A DNA stretch of 64,000 nucleotides from Chloroflexota bacterium. Lineage in GTDB: Bacteria; Chloroflexota; UBA11872; VXOZ01. Below, in pieces: positions 29,071 through 39,263 of the stretch. Under the pieces are notes generated by a model. It was not told the DNA's origin. It did not search any database and saw only the letters and a program-made list of their open reading frames with translations. Position numbers and translations under genes: made by a program. Within the stretch, counting starts at the first letter, position 1, and every line of letters starts with the position of its first letter. Location: contig OZ219802.1 of assembly GCA_964291655.2 (NCBI GenBank), positions 2,144,001 through 2,208,000 on the forward strand, read 5' to 3'.

Positions 29071-30036
29071 TTATGTGACGATGTTCTGCGGACGGCCTTC
29101 CAAGAAGGCGATGGTGTTCGAGACCGCGCCCTCGTTCAGCAACTCGATGCCTTCCGAAGTCTGGTCAGCCAGGTGCGGTGTGAGAACCACCTGATCGCAA
29201 GTCAAGATTGGGTGATCGGGCGGCAGGGGCTCCTGATCGAAGACATCAAGACCGGCGCCGGCCAGGTGCTCGGATTGCAGCGCAGCAACCAGAGCGGCGG
29301 TATCCACCAGGTCACCTCTACCGGCGTTGATGAGGAGCGCGCCCGGCTTCATCAAGCCGAGTTCCCGCGCACCGATGAGGTGATGACTTTCATCGCTGAG
29401 CCGCACGTGCAAGCTCACAACGTCGGATTCCCGCAGCAGTTGCTCGAGTTCAACAAACTCGACACCAAGCTCGCGCGCCCGTTCCGGCGAGGGGTTGAAC
29501 GTCCACGCCAGGCAGCGCATGCCGAGTAGATTGGCTACGCGGGCGACTTCACGGCCCACGTTGCCCGTGCCGACGACGCCGAGCGTCTTGCCGCTGAGCA
29601 TGACGTTCTGCTTGAGTGTCCAACGACCGGCCTTGAGTTCGCCGGTTTGGAACGCCGTGCGTTTGGAGACGGCAAACATGAGCGCGATGATGTGTTCGGC
29701 AACCACGGGGGCCGTCCGCCCCGGCTGGTTGGCCACGGCCACGCCGCACGCCCGCGCCGCCTCAACGTCAATCGAGTCGACGCCAATGGAGCACGTGGCA
29801 ATGAGGCGCAGGTCGGGCAGGGCCTGCAGCGCCGGCGCAAACCACTTGATCGCCCCGCGCGTGTTCAAGATGACGTGCGCGCCTTCCACGCGCTTGAGCT
29901 GCTCCTCCATGCTCTGCGGCCGGTCGAGATAGAGGTCAACGTCGCCGTACGGCTTGAGCCGCTCCAGATGTGGCGAACCCTGTATCTGGGGCGGAGAATC
30001 ACCGGGAACGACGATTTTCAAAAGTTTGTCTGCCAT
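29071..30036 (-). CDS. D-isomer-specific 2-hydroxyacid dehydrogenase
   Basis: GKTLGVVGTGNVG, SDVVSLH, MKPGALLINAGRG, GAGLDVF..EP, TPHLA; start ATG 30036. Confidence 0.93.
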   Translation of the reverse strand: MADKLLKIVVPGDSPPQIQGSPHLERLKPYGDVDLYLDRPQSMEEQLKRVEGAHVILNTRGAIKWFAPALQALPDLRLIATCSIGVDSIDVEAARACGVAVANQPGRTAPVVAEHIIALMFAVSKRTAFQTGELKAGRWTLKQNVMLSGKTLGVVGTGNVGREVARVANLLGMRCLAWTFNPSPERARELGVEFVELEQLLRESDVVSLHVRLSDESHHLIGARELGLMKPGALLINAGRGDLVDTAALVAALQSEHLAGAGLDVFDQEPLPPDHPILTCDQVVLTPHLADQTSEGIELLNEGAVSNTIAFLEGRPQNIVT

Positions 30037-30507
30037 AGTCACATCCTTAGTTGGGTCGTAGCATTGACCTAGAACTCTACAATCTGCATAGCAATTAGGA
30101 GGCGTGCACGTACGCCGTTGGCAGTCGATTTCACGGGAACGAGGTTGTCGCCGAAGGCGAGGCAACTGAACTAGTGCAGTTAGGTTTGCTGGGCCTCAGG
30201 CGTCCGCCGCGGCGGATCGGCGAACGTGGCTTGCTTTGCCTATCTTAACTACATGCGCTGTATATCGTCTAGTCTATGCCCAGTGGGCTGGAAAATCTCC
30301 CGCAGCATACGGAATGTCAGGAGTCTCCAGATCACGCGCCAACTGGCAGCATTTGTGGGTAAAACAATTGTCAGTAGTGCGGTCCGAACACGTGTATAAT
30401 TACTGGTGCGAAGGGCAATGCGGTGAGCCCGCCGCACGGCAGACGACCGTTATTTCCGCGAAAGCGGACTCCTAATTCTACACGTAAAGTTGAGGTTAGC
30501 TGGACTC

Positions 30508-31080
30508 ATGCGTGCGATTCTGAGCGTATTCGACAAGACTGGCATCGTCGAGTTTGCGGTAGGGCTAGCCAAGTTGGGATGTGAAATCGTCTCTACCGGC
30601 GGGACCCAGGGTGCGATAGAAGCAGCAGGCATCCCCGTCGTCGGCATCAGTGACGTTACCGGTTTTCCCGAGATTCTGGATGGGCGCGTAAAGACGCTCC
30701 ACCCGGCGGTGCACGCCGGCATTCTGGCGCGGCAGGACGACCCCGAGCACGTGCAAACACTACGCGACCACGCCATCGCGCCCGTGGACGTGGTGGCCGG
30801 GAACCTCTATCCCTTTGTGGAAACTCTGAACAGCGGGGCCGGACACGAAGAAATAGTTGAGAATATCGACATCGGCGGCCCCACGCTCATACGCGCCGCA
30901 GCCAAAAACGCCGATTCCGTGCTGGTAGTGGTTGATCCGAGTGACTACGCGCCGGTGCTCGATGCGCTCGCCAACGGGCAGGTGGATGCCGCTCTCCGCA
31001 CGCGACTTGCCGCCAAGGCCTTCCGGCACACTGCCGATTACGACACGCATATTGCAGGGTATTTCAAAGCGATCTCATAG
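30508..31080 (+). CDS. purH: IMP cyclohydrolase (stand-alone N-terminal MGS-like domain of PurH)
   Basis: RAILSVFDKTG, STGGT, TGFPEILDGRVKTLHP, NLYPF, ENIDIGGPTLIRAAAKN, KAFRHTADYD; ends before the transformylase domain. Confidence 0.88.
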   Translation: MRAILSVFDKTGIVEFAVGLAKLGCEIVSTGGTQGAIEAAGIPVVGISDVTGFPEILDGRVKTLHPAVHAGILARQDDPEHVQTLRDHAIAPVDVVAGNLYPFVETLNSGAGHEEIVENIDIGGPTLIRAAAKNADSVLVVVDPSDYAPVLDALANGQVDAALRTRLAAKAFRHTADYDTHIAGYFKAIS

Positions 31081-31300
31081 AGCGCATGTGCACCAAGGTC
31101 GTTGTCCAAGACCTAACTTAGTCATCTGGCCTGTAATTCTACTCTTGATGCCAGATAAGAGTGCGGGCCCGTTCCCCGCCAATTGGCTATGTCAAGTTCG
31201 GATGGCTTAGTCGGTAATTCCATGTGATACGATGCTACCGAAGCTCTAAGCCAGAGCGAACTCGCTCTCGTGCCAAAGAGAATGAATGTGACGGCACTTT

Positions 31301-33049
31301 ATGTTGACAAAACTCACTGTCCGCAATTTCAAACGCTTTGACGAAGTCGAAATTGAATTAGGAAGTCCCGTAGCATTTATCGGCCCGAACAATTCCGGGA
31401 AGACTTCGGCGATGCAAGCACTAGCACTATGGGACATTGGACTAAAGCGCTGGAACGAAAAGCACTCTGGCAAGCGAACTCCAGAAAAGCGACCCGGCGT
31501 CACCGTTAATCGCCGGGATCTTGTTTCAATCCCAGTACCGAGTTCAAGGTTGCTGTGGCGGGATCTCCACGTGCGAAACATCTTGAGATCGGAAGGCAGG
31601 CAGGAAACCCAAAATGTAAGGATTGATGTCATTGTAGAAGGGGTCACTGGGGGTCGCCCGTGGAATTGCGGATTGGAATTCGATTACGCAAATGAGGAGT
31701 CCTTCTTTTGTCGCCCTCTTCGACTGAGTGCCGAGAAGTCACCACATCGCATGGAGATCCCAGACGAAGCTGGAAGAGTGCAGATCGCCTTCTTACCCCC
31801 AATGTCCGGTCTAGCAGCAACCGAAATACGCTTGGAACAAGGAGCGATAAACGTAAGGGTAGGCGAGGGTCGTACAGCTGACGTTTTGCGCAATCTTTGT
31901 TTGCGCATCTACGAGAGTGAGGGCCCTCCCGACAACTGGTCAAAGTTGGCAAATCAGATTCAAAACCTATTTGGCGTGAAACTGGAACCGCCGCAGTACA
32001 TTACGGAACGTGGCGAGATCTCTATGAGCTATCAGGAGAGGGATGTTAGACTCGATCTCTCCTCAAGCGGGCGTGGATTACAGCAGACAATGCTTATATT
32101 GGCATATTTGTACGCCAATCCAGGAGCGGTATTGATGCTAGACGAGCCCGACGCCCACCTTGAGATTCTACGCCAGCGCCAGATCTATCAGATCATTACA
32201 TCTGCTGCCACAGAAAGTGGTAGCCAGATAATTGCTGCAAGCCACTCCGAGGTGTTGTTAGACGAAGCTGCCGGGAAAGACATGGTAGTCGCCTTCATTA
32301 GAGAACCGATTCGTATTGACGACCAGGGTAGCCAACTCCTGAAGTCATTGAGAGACATTGGCTTCGAGCACTACTATCAGGCAGAGCAAACCGGATGGGT
32401 GCTCTACTTGGAGGGTTCGACAGACCTATCCGTATTGCAGGCCTTCGCTCGCCGTCTCAAACACAGCGAAGCAGCCCGTGCACTTGCACGTCCTTACGTT
32501 CACTACGTTGGAAACAACGTCGCAGCAATGCGTCATCACTATTACGGGCTAAAGGAGGCAATTCCAGATCTAAAGGCCGTGGCGCTATTTGACCGTATCG
32601 AATCTGGAAAGCCTGAAACAGATGAAATTACATGCTTATCTTGGCGTCGTCGCGAGATCGAGAACTACCTTTGTTCCCGAGCAACCCTAGTTGCCTATGC
32701 ACGAAGTGCGGCAGAAGCACAAGCACTTGGGCCATTGTTTGCACAAGCTGAGATTCCGCGACATGTTGAGGCGATGCTTGCGGCGATGTCAAGAATTGAA
32801 GAAGCTTTACGAACACTTGGAAAGGGATCGCCGTGGGAAGCTGATACTAAAGTAAGTGACGACTTCTTAACCCCAGTGTTTGAGGCCTACTTTGAGCAAT
32901 TGGGCCTCCCCAACCTCATGCGCAAGAAGAGTTTCTATGAATTGGCCGAACAAGTGCCGCAGGAAGAAATAGATCCAGAGATTAGCGAAAAGCTAGACGC
33001 GATTGCGAGCGTGGCGAGCAGCGTGGGAACTGAAAATAGCGATTTCTAA
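31301..33049 (+). CDS. OLD-family-like ABC ATPase with TOPRIM domain
   Basis: LTVRNFK.F, Walker A GPNNSGKT, SSGRG, Walker B LDEPDAHL, SHS, TOPRIM YLEGSTD, FDR, RREIENYL; visibly more AT-rich than neighbours. Confidence 0.8.
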   Translation: MLTKLTVRNFKRFDEVEIELGSPVAFIGPNNSGKTSAMQALALWDIGLKRWNEKHSGKRTPEKRPGVTVNRRDLVSIPVPSSRLLWRDLHVRNILRSEGRQETQNVRIDVIVEGVTGGRPWNCGLEFDYANEESFFCRPLRLSAEKSPHRMEIPDEAGRVQIAFLPPMSGLAATEIRLEQGAINVRVGEGRTADVLRNLCLRIYESEGPPDNWSKLANQIQNLFGVKLEPPQYITERGEISMSYQERDVRLDLSSSGRGLQQTMLILAYLYANPGAVLMLDEPDAHLEILRQRQIYQIITSAATESGSQIIAASHSEVLLDEAAGKDMVVAFIREPIRIDDQGSQLLKSLRDIGFEHYYQAEQTGWVLYLEGSTDLSVLQAFARRLKHSEAARALARPYVHYVGNNVAAMRHHYYGLKEAIPDLKAVALFDRIESGKPETDEITCLSWRRREIENYLCSRATLVAYARSAAEAQALGPLFAQAEIPRHVEAMLAAMSRIEEALRTLGKGSPWEADTKVSDDFLTPVFEAYFEQLGLPNLMRKKSFYELAEQVPQEEIDPEISEKLDAIASVASSVGTENSDF

Positions 33050-33212
33050 GTATTCTCAGTAGCGACTGAAGTCTACCTAACTCAGACAAGCAATCTTGCT
33101 TGAGTGCATTCACGCACGATATTGAGTCTAGAGACTTTGCAATAAACCGGGCTATCCGACAGCGATCGGTCAGTTGTACCTAGAATAATCCTGTGAGCGC
33201 CACTCAAGCGGA

Positions 33213-34181
33213 CTAGTAGCACGGATTATCTTCCTGCCGTCCCAGCCAGAACACGTTTTCACCTTCATCTACAGACTGCATTACCCGTGTGTACATGATT
33301 GTGCCGTGCCGTGGCGCGGTGACCTTGCCGCACACGTTGCCCCAGAGATCGCGCACGCGGGCGAGCGTTTCGCCACTTGCGACTTCCTGACCGGGTTCGA
33401 CGAGGACTTCCAGCAGGCCGCTGCACGGGGCGGTCAAATGCTCTTGCGTCCACACCTTGGGCGGCAGCGCGACCTCCAGCGGCGGCTCGAGCATACCGAG
33501 ATGCCGCAAGCAGCGGATGACACCCGCCTTGTAAAGATCGATTTGCTCTCGTGTGGCCGTGCCGCGGCCTCCCACCTCGCAGCCCACCGCGGGGATGCCT
33601 TGTTGATTGGCCCAGGTGGAGAGCGTCCCCGGCGACCAGCGCATCATCCAGTCGTATGCCAGCCCAAAGGTAGCGGCTGCCAGCGCAGAGCGGCGGGCAC
33701 AGTCGTCGTGAGCCTCACGAAAGCCGCTCAGCGGCACCAGATCGCCTTCGCGACCCGCGCTGTGTAGGTCGATTACCATGTCAGCGTCACCGACGACCGA
33801 CGTGACGAGGCTGTGGGCAATGCGCTCTGTTGCCGAGCCGCCACTTTTGCCGGGGAAGATGCGGTTCAGGTCGAGATCATCTTCCGGCGCTCTGCGGAGA
33901 CTGGCGGCAAAGGCGAGCGGATTGGCGCTCGGCGCCAGCACGACCGTGCCGCGCAACGCGCTAGGCGCAAGCTCTTGCGCCAGTTCGACCAAGGCGTGCG
34001 GTCCCACCAACTCGTCGCCATGCACTCCCGCGACGACTACGACTCTTGGCCTTGGCGTATGGCCGAAGATTCGCGTCAGGGGAATCTTCACGCTTGAACC
34101 GTCGGTTTGTAGAAAGCCGACAGTTGCCTGGTGCACGCTCGCCGGCACGTATCTGTCAATGTCACTAGAAGTGGTATTCAT
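33213..34181 (-). CDS. Succinylglutamate desuccinylase/aspartoacylase-family (M14) deacylase
   Basis: AGVHGDE, NP, DLNRIFPG, IDLHS, EVGG, C-terminal biotinyl-like domain. Confidence 0.92.
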   Translation of the reverse strand: MNTTSSDIDRYVPASVHQATVGFLQTDGSSVKIPLTRIFGHTPRPRVVVVAGVHGDELVGPHALVELAQELAPSALRGTVVLAPSANPLAFAASLRRAPEDDLDLNRIFPGKSGGSATERIAHSLVTSVVGDADMVIDLHSAGREGDLVPLSGFREAHDDCARRSALAAATFGLAYDWMMRWSPGTLSTWANQQGIPAVGCEVGGRGTATREQIDLYKAGVIRCLRHLGMLEPPLEVALPPKVWTQEHLTAPCSGLLEVLVEPGQEVASGETLARVRDLWGNVCGKVTAPRHGTIMYTRVMQSVDEGENVFWLGRQEDNPCY

Positions 34182-34496
34182 TCTCGCCGTGAATTACACT
34201 CAATCCAATGAACGTTGCGGATTCCCTTCCTCTGCGATGTACGTTGCCTGGGACAGGGGTGAAGAGACTTCTCCGCACTGCTAATCCCCAAAGCCAACTG
34301 GATTCCGGCCCCGTATCGAGTACAGGGCAGGCTTTTCGCCGGAATGACGGACTTCCTCCCGGCCTTAGATACCTACCGGATCTATCAAGGTAGCCAAGTT
34401 TTCGACCACAGCAGAGGAATTCGGGCAGTGTGACAACCTCATAGGTTTGTCAACGCATCGAAGTTCTGTTGCTGACTTGTCTTGCAGGCATCCGCT

Positions 34497-35819
34497 CTAT
34501 CCCTTCTCTACGCCGCACCAGCCGGCAAGCTGTAGGGCGCAGATCTCAATTGCGCGGTAGAAGTCGGCGAGCGACACGTACTCATCCGGGCTGTGCGCCT
34601 GGGCAATGCCGCCGGGGCCGAAGAGGCAGCCGGGCAACTCCGCTTGGGCATACCAGGCAAGGTCGCTGGCAGCGGAAAACCCCTTGATGTCAGGCTGCAG
34701 GCCGGTCTGCCGGACACTCTGCGCAAGCAATTCGATGAAAGGATGATCGGGGGCGGTCTCGAAGGCCGGAAACGTCACGTCGCGCAGGCCCCACGTGAGC
34801 TTTGGCGGGTGCTCCTTCAGCCACTCGTCGGTCTGGCAGACGGCGTGCACATACGCTTCGAAGTCCGCCTTCACCTGTTCACACGGTTCGTCCGGGTAGT
34901 ACCAGATGTTGTACTCGATGGCGCAGTAATTCGCCATGGTGCCGGGATTGTTCACCACATTGAGTTGACCGTCCTGCCCACCGCCGGGACCGCCAATGAA
35001 AATAGCAGGCAGAATGGAGTTGTACCCGGGCGGGAAGAGCGGGTGCGACTTGCGGTTCACCCACTGTCGTTCCAGGTCTTGGATGGCGGAAACGAGCTTC
35101 ACCCCTTTTTCCACGGCATTGACGCCGGGGCCGCTCTCGCCCGGCGCCAGGTTGCGCCAGCGGCTGCCGGCGTGGGCCTCGCGGCCCTCGATCTCGATGC
35201 GCAGATGCTCCAGTCCCCCCTCGGTGGGGATGATTGCCAAATCGGTGGGCTCGGCGTCGAGCACGGCGTCGGTGGCCGGGAACTTCGCGATGCAGTCCCG
35301 CGTGCCGTTGCCCACCAGCTCCTCGTCGCTCACCACGTGGAACCACACGTCACCCTTCGGACGATAGCCAGCGTCCAGCACGGACTTGGCGGCAAAGAGC
35401 ATGCTCACGAGACCGGCCTTCATGTCGGCAGTGCCGCGCCCATAGAGTCTGCCGTTTTCAAGCTTACCCGCCCAGGGGGCACGGGACCACGCCGACGTAT
35501 CACCGACCGGGACCACGTCTATGTGACCGTTGAAGGTCAGCGATCTGCCGCCGCCGCTGCCGGGCAACCGCGCCGCCAAAGTGGGGTACCCGTGCTGCGT
35601 TTCCCACTCGTGGATCTCACACCCGAGCCCGTGCAAGAAATCCGCTACCAGACTGCGGCACTTGTGCGTCTCGGCGAGGAATGCCGGGGTCACGGGGCTC
35701 AGCACGGCGGTCTCGCACGCGACGAGTTGCCGCAGCAAGTCAGTCGCTTCGTCCTGAGTCGCAGCCGCGTAGTGCGAAATCTTTGCTATGGCTCCGTCCT
35801 GCGGTTCCTCCGATGACAT
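34497..35819 (-). CDS. ArgE/DapE-family M20 deacylase
   Basis: FNGHIDVVP, YGRGTADMKAG, DEE, EPT, GREAH, GPG...AHSPDEY. Confidence 0.94.
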   Translation of the reverse strand: MSSEEPQDGAIAKISHYAAATQDEATDLLRQLVACETAVLSPVTPAFLAETHKCRSLVADFLHGLGCEIHEWETQHGYPTLAARLPGSGGGRSLTFNGHIDVVPVGDTSAWSRAPWAGKLENGRLYGRGTADMKAGLVSMLFAAKSVLDAGYRPKGDVWFHVVSDEELVGNGTRDCIAKFPATDAVLDAEPTDLAIIPTEGGLEHLRIEIEGREAHAGSRWRNLAPGESGPGVNAVEKGVKLVSAIQDLERQWVNRKSHPLFPPGYNSILPAIFIGGPGGGQDGQLNVVNNPGTMANYCAIEYNIWYYPDEPCEQVKADFEAYVHAVCQTDEWLKEHPPKLTWGLRDVTFPAFETAPDHPFIELLAQSVRQTGLQPDIKGFSAASDLAWYAQAELPGCLFGPGGIAQAHSPDEYVSLADFYRAIEICALQLAGWCGVEKG

Positions 35820-35902
35820 GGGCGAGACTCCTGGTGTAACTGCGGTTTGGCGAATGTTCCTGCCTTGTGGCTGTGAACGCGGCTTGCAGGGTAGGCCCAG
35901 CG

Positions 35903-36919
35903 TTAGTTCTTTAGTTCGGTAGTCACCTGTTGGCCGTCCGAGACTAGGTGGCTGTACCGAATTGTTGTATCGTCGAGCCGCTCCAGCGTGACCGGTTCGC
36001 TCTCGCCGTCGCGGCTAACCTGTACAGCAACATCCTGCCACTCCCGGGGTACCGTGCAGGTGAACGTCAGGGTGTGCCATTGGATGCGCTCCGGTATGGC
36101 CGGCGCTGCCAGGCGGTAGGTGATGGCGGTGGGCGAGCGTTGCTCGTCTGCGACCGTGGTCTCGCGCGCCATGATGAGGTAGTCCACCACCTCCTCCGGC
36201 ACCGCCAGCCAGACTTCATCGCCGCCGACGCGCGTCACGGCTTCCAAGCGGTTGCCGAGCTCGGCGGGTGTCAGTTCACGGTTGGGGATGACGAGTTCGT
36301 CCTGCACCGCGTGGGTGTAGTCCACAATCCACCCGCCCGTTTCGCGGGCGCGATAGACGAGCCGGTAGGGATCGTAACTCCGGTTGTAGTCATCCAGCTT
36401 GTGATAGACCACCGGACGGCAGAGTTGCATGAGGTCCGTATCGGGATAGTTGAGCTGGTCGCGCACGCCAAACATGCTTAGATATCCGGCCTCATCGGCC
36501 AGCGGCCACGCATACTGCAGGCAGTGATCGTTGCCGGGCGCGATGAATGTGGTAACCGGCGTGCCCAGCCGCTCCTCCAGCAGCTTCGCGGAATCCACCA
36601 CCTCGATCCGCGCGTTCTCCGGCACGGCCATGCTGCCGGGCAGCTTGTTGTGGGTCATGGAGTGGGAGGACACCGACCAGCCATACCGCTGCGCCAGCTT
36701 GCACTCAGCCACCGAAACGTGCGTGTAGGTGGCGTCGTAGCCGCTGTTGGGTACGTCGCGGGGCTCGCCCATCTGCCCCACGACCACCGTCAGGTGCCCC
36801 GGCGCGCCAAATTGCTCGTGGATCGCGAGCCCGTTGTCCACGGTCGAGGTCACCACTTCGTCGTAGGTAGTGGAGTAGACCCAGCGTTTACCGAACTTCC
36901 AGCGTGTGATGTTGACCAT
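35903..36919 (-). CDS. Polysaccharide deacetylase (NodB-like) domain protein
   Basis: STTYDE, SSHSMTH, FIAPG, GGWIVDYTH, VWLA. Confidence 0.75.
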   Translation of the reverse strand: MVNITRWKFGKRWVYSTTYDEVVTSTVDNGLAIHEQFGAPGHLTVVVGQMGEPRDVPNSGYDATYTHVSVAECKLAQRYGWSVSSHSMTHNKLPGSMAVPENARIEVVDSAKLLEERLGTPVTTFIAPGNDHCLQYAWPLADEAGYLSMFGVRDQLNYPDTDLMQLCRPVVYHKLDDYNRSYDPYRLVYRARETGGWIVDYTHAVQDELVIPNRELTPAELGNRLEAVTRVGGDEVWLAVPEEVVDYLIMARETTVADEQRSPTAITYRLAAPAIPERIQWHTLTFTCTVPREWQDVAVQVSRDGESEPVTLERLDDTTIRYSHLVSDGQQVTTELKN

Positions 36920-36983
36920 ATGTGACTTCTCAATTTGCGTAATTCGTACACTTTGCGGCGATACGAATGCTATGTATTCTGGC

Positions 36984-37011
36984 GTAGGGGCACAAAATAT
37001 CGTGCCCCTAC
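36984..37011. repeat. GTAG-type REP
   Basis: gtaggggcac-aaaatatc-gtgcccctac; other GTAG-led hairpins at ~10012, 40298 (minus strand) and 52792. Confidence 0.7.
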
Positions 37012-37064
37012 GCCGCTCAGTTTGCTTGCACGATGCGTCGCTAAAGGAGCGGTGCGATTGTCAG

Positions 37065-38303
37065 CTAGGCCAACGCCTGCTTGGCCGCGTGCAGGTTTGC
37101 CAGCCGCATCAGGCCGTAGTTGTACACGTTTACCCGGTCTATGCCGAGCGCGCGCACCTTTGCAATCTGCCCCGCCACGTCCGCCGACGTAATCACCTGC
37201 GGCGGAATGAGGCGCAGTCCCTCGCGGATGGGCGCCCGACCGGACACGAGCCTCTGCAGATCGTGCACGGCGCGAGCTAGCACGAGGCCGTCAAGCGAGT
37301 ACGCTGCACAGTCAAGCAGTTCGTTTGGGATGTTCTCATCGAGGGCGCGGCCGATGTCCACGCCGTCCAGCGCCTGGATTATGGCGGCCTGCTCCGGCAT
37401 GCCCACACCCATATTGACGATGGGCACAAAATCCGACTTCCCGCCCAGTGCTTGTTTGCACTCCGTCCACAGCGACATGACGCTTTCGATGCGCATGCGC
37501 AGGTAGCCGTCGAGCGCGGGAAACGTCAGCGCGTGGCCGGCGATGTTATCGCCCAGTTGACCGAGCGCCGGTAGTTGGTCGCCTTCCAGGTAGTCGACTA
37601 TGTGGTCCCGTGCCCAGTTGCGCACGGCGTCGCCGTCCACGCCTTCGTTTTGGGCACGGCTCAGGCAGTGCGGGCAGAAGCAGAGACCCAACAGGTATTC
37701 GGTAAACGGGTCCAACTCCACACTCGGAATGCCGTGATGGACGTCGTGCTCAAACGTGCCGAAGTGGAGGAACTCCAGTTCGACCTGCGCAGGCGCGAGG
37801 TTGTCGGCAATGTCACCGACCAGTGCTGAAATATACGCGCGCACGTCGGGATTGCTGGGGCATAAGTAGTGTGGGATGCGGTCGCCCATGGCATTGAGTG
37901 TGTTGATGTCGGGGTAGATCGTGCCGAGCGCACTGTTGTGCAGGGTAACGGTCCAGGCGTGATACGCCAGGCCGTGCCTCTCCACCGCGTCCCGTATGCG
38001 GCGCATGCCGTCGTCTTCCTGCGCCAGCAGCGCCACGATGGGCTTTACGGCACCGTAACGCTTGAGATCGGGTTGAAAGTAGATGGCCGATGAGTTGGCG
38101 ACATAGAGCTTGCTTGCTGGGTTATGGGGCCGCAGATGCTTGACGTTGTGGTAGCTATGGCTCAGGGAAACCGCCTGCATACCGCCTTCATTAGCGATGC
38201 GCGCCAAGGCCGTGTCAATCCCTGCGTCTAGCACGTCCCAGGGATACGTCCAGATTACGCCGTACATAACTTTATCGGCCCTTTCCAGCAGAGTTCTGCT
38301 CAT
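37065..38303 (-). CDS. Hypothetical TIM-barrel protein (glycoside hydrolase-like)
   Basis: W.YPWD, YH, AWTV.LHNS.LG, LCPSNPDVR.Y, LCFCPHC, YNYG; real start may be the second Met (MYGVIW). Confidence 0.7.
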   Translation of the reverse strand: MSRTLLERADKVMYGVIWTYPWDVLDAGIDTALARIANEGGMQAVSLSHSYHNVKHLRPHNPASKLYVANSSAIYFQPDLKRYGAVKPIVALLAQEDDGMRRIRDAVERHGLAYHAWTVTLHNSALGTIYPDINTLNAMGDRIPHYLCPSNPDVRAYISALVGDIADNLAPAQVELEFLHFGTFEHDVHHGIPSVELDPFTEYLLGLCFCPHCLSRAQNEGVDGDAVRNWARDHIVDYLEGDQLPALGQLGDNIAGHALTFPALDGYLRMRIESVMSLWTECKQALGGKSDFVPIVNMGVGMPEQAAIIQALDGVDIGRALDENIPNELLDCAAYSLDGLVLARAVHDLQRLVSGRAPIREGLRLIPPQVITSADVAGQIAKVRALGIDRVNVYNYGLMRLANLHAAKQALA

Positions 38304-38404
38304 TCGGGCAAGAACTGTTTGCCTCTTTCGGTTCCCTCTCCCCCGGGGAGACCTTTACGTTACTTGGTCTCGAGGGATGGAGACTTCTCCCTCTCCTTGA
38401 GGAG

Positions 38405-38691
38405 TGTACAGACTGGGCTGATAGGTAACAGGTGTTCGGGTTGATAGGTTACACATTGTACTGATTGACACCTTCGGGCGCTTTAGGTTGGGCAGAGAAA
38501 TAGACGTTCCAGGCACCACGACATACTCATGTTCAGTTCGTGAGCTGGTGCCAGGGGAAAAACCGTATCCATAAGGGTATTGAGTTGGTCTAACTTCCAT
38601 GGCATGGACACTGCATACAACGAAAACTCCCATATTCGATGGTGTAACCTATCAACCCGAACATGTGTTACCCATCAACCCGGTCTATACA
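38405..38691. mobile_element. 287-bp non-autonomous IS481-derived MITE
   Basis: TIRs tgtacagact...ggttacaca / tgtaacc...ggtctataca resemble those of 49440-50704; 6-bp TSD gaggag; minus strand keeps transposase remnants MPWK and AWNVYFS...NV*. Confidence 0.85.
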
Positions 38692-38830
38692 GAGGAGGGG
38701 GCCGGGGTGAGGGGAATCTTTGCCGTTCTATTTTCAGGACATTTACAGTCAATGTGTTCCAAAGTCAAATTTGCCATGAGTCGGCTAGCATCAAGTGCAA
38801 CTTCACCCTCACCCTAGCTCTCTCCCAGAG

Positions 38831-38969
38831 GAGACCTTTGCGTAACTCCGTCATTCCGGCGAAAGCCGGAATCCAGAGCGCTTTTACAACTAAAGACAGC
38901 ATGATGTCAAGTCATTTCACCCCCATCCCAACCTTCCCCCTCAAAGGTGAAGGGTTATGCAAAGGTCTC
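38831..38969. mobile_element. 139-bp MITE, copy 3
   Basis: Appears identical to 23482-23620; flanking direct repeat cagag. Confidence 0.87.
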
Positions 38970-39263
38970 CAGAGGGAGAGGGGACTGTCTCGCTTGCTTT
39001 AGACTTACGCAAAGGCCTCCTGGGGGAGAGGGATAGAGCCTGCCCCGTATTCGATACAGCGTATCGACACGAAACGGGGGTGAGGGGGAGCACCTCAAGT
39101 TGAGCATGCTAAACCACTAACCCGCGCTGCTACCGTAGTAATGATCTACTTGATAGAATTCCTCGTAACGTCGAACGCTTCAGTTGACTATCACTATACT
39201 AGCATCGCGGTGCGCCTTGTAGAATAGGCTGTGCAGCACTCATAACGAGAAAGGAAGCCCCAC

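Noticed and set aside
30320-30470. ZTP or cobalamin riboswitch upstream of the purH half
   Set aside because: Only fragments resemble them (actggc; aagggcaatgcggtg...ccgca). The ZTP CGCCUGGGC pseudoknot strand and the B12 box are absent; an Infernal scan would settle it.
34593-35816. Long antisense ORFs (also 3770-4831, 5726-6523, 42253-43239, 24240-25145)
   Set aside because: They mirror well-supported genes on the opposite strand, as expected in GC-rich DNA, and have no motifs.
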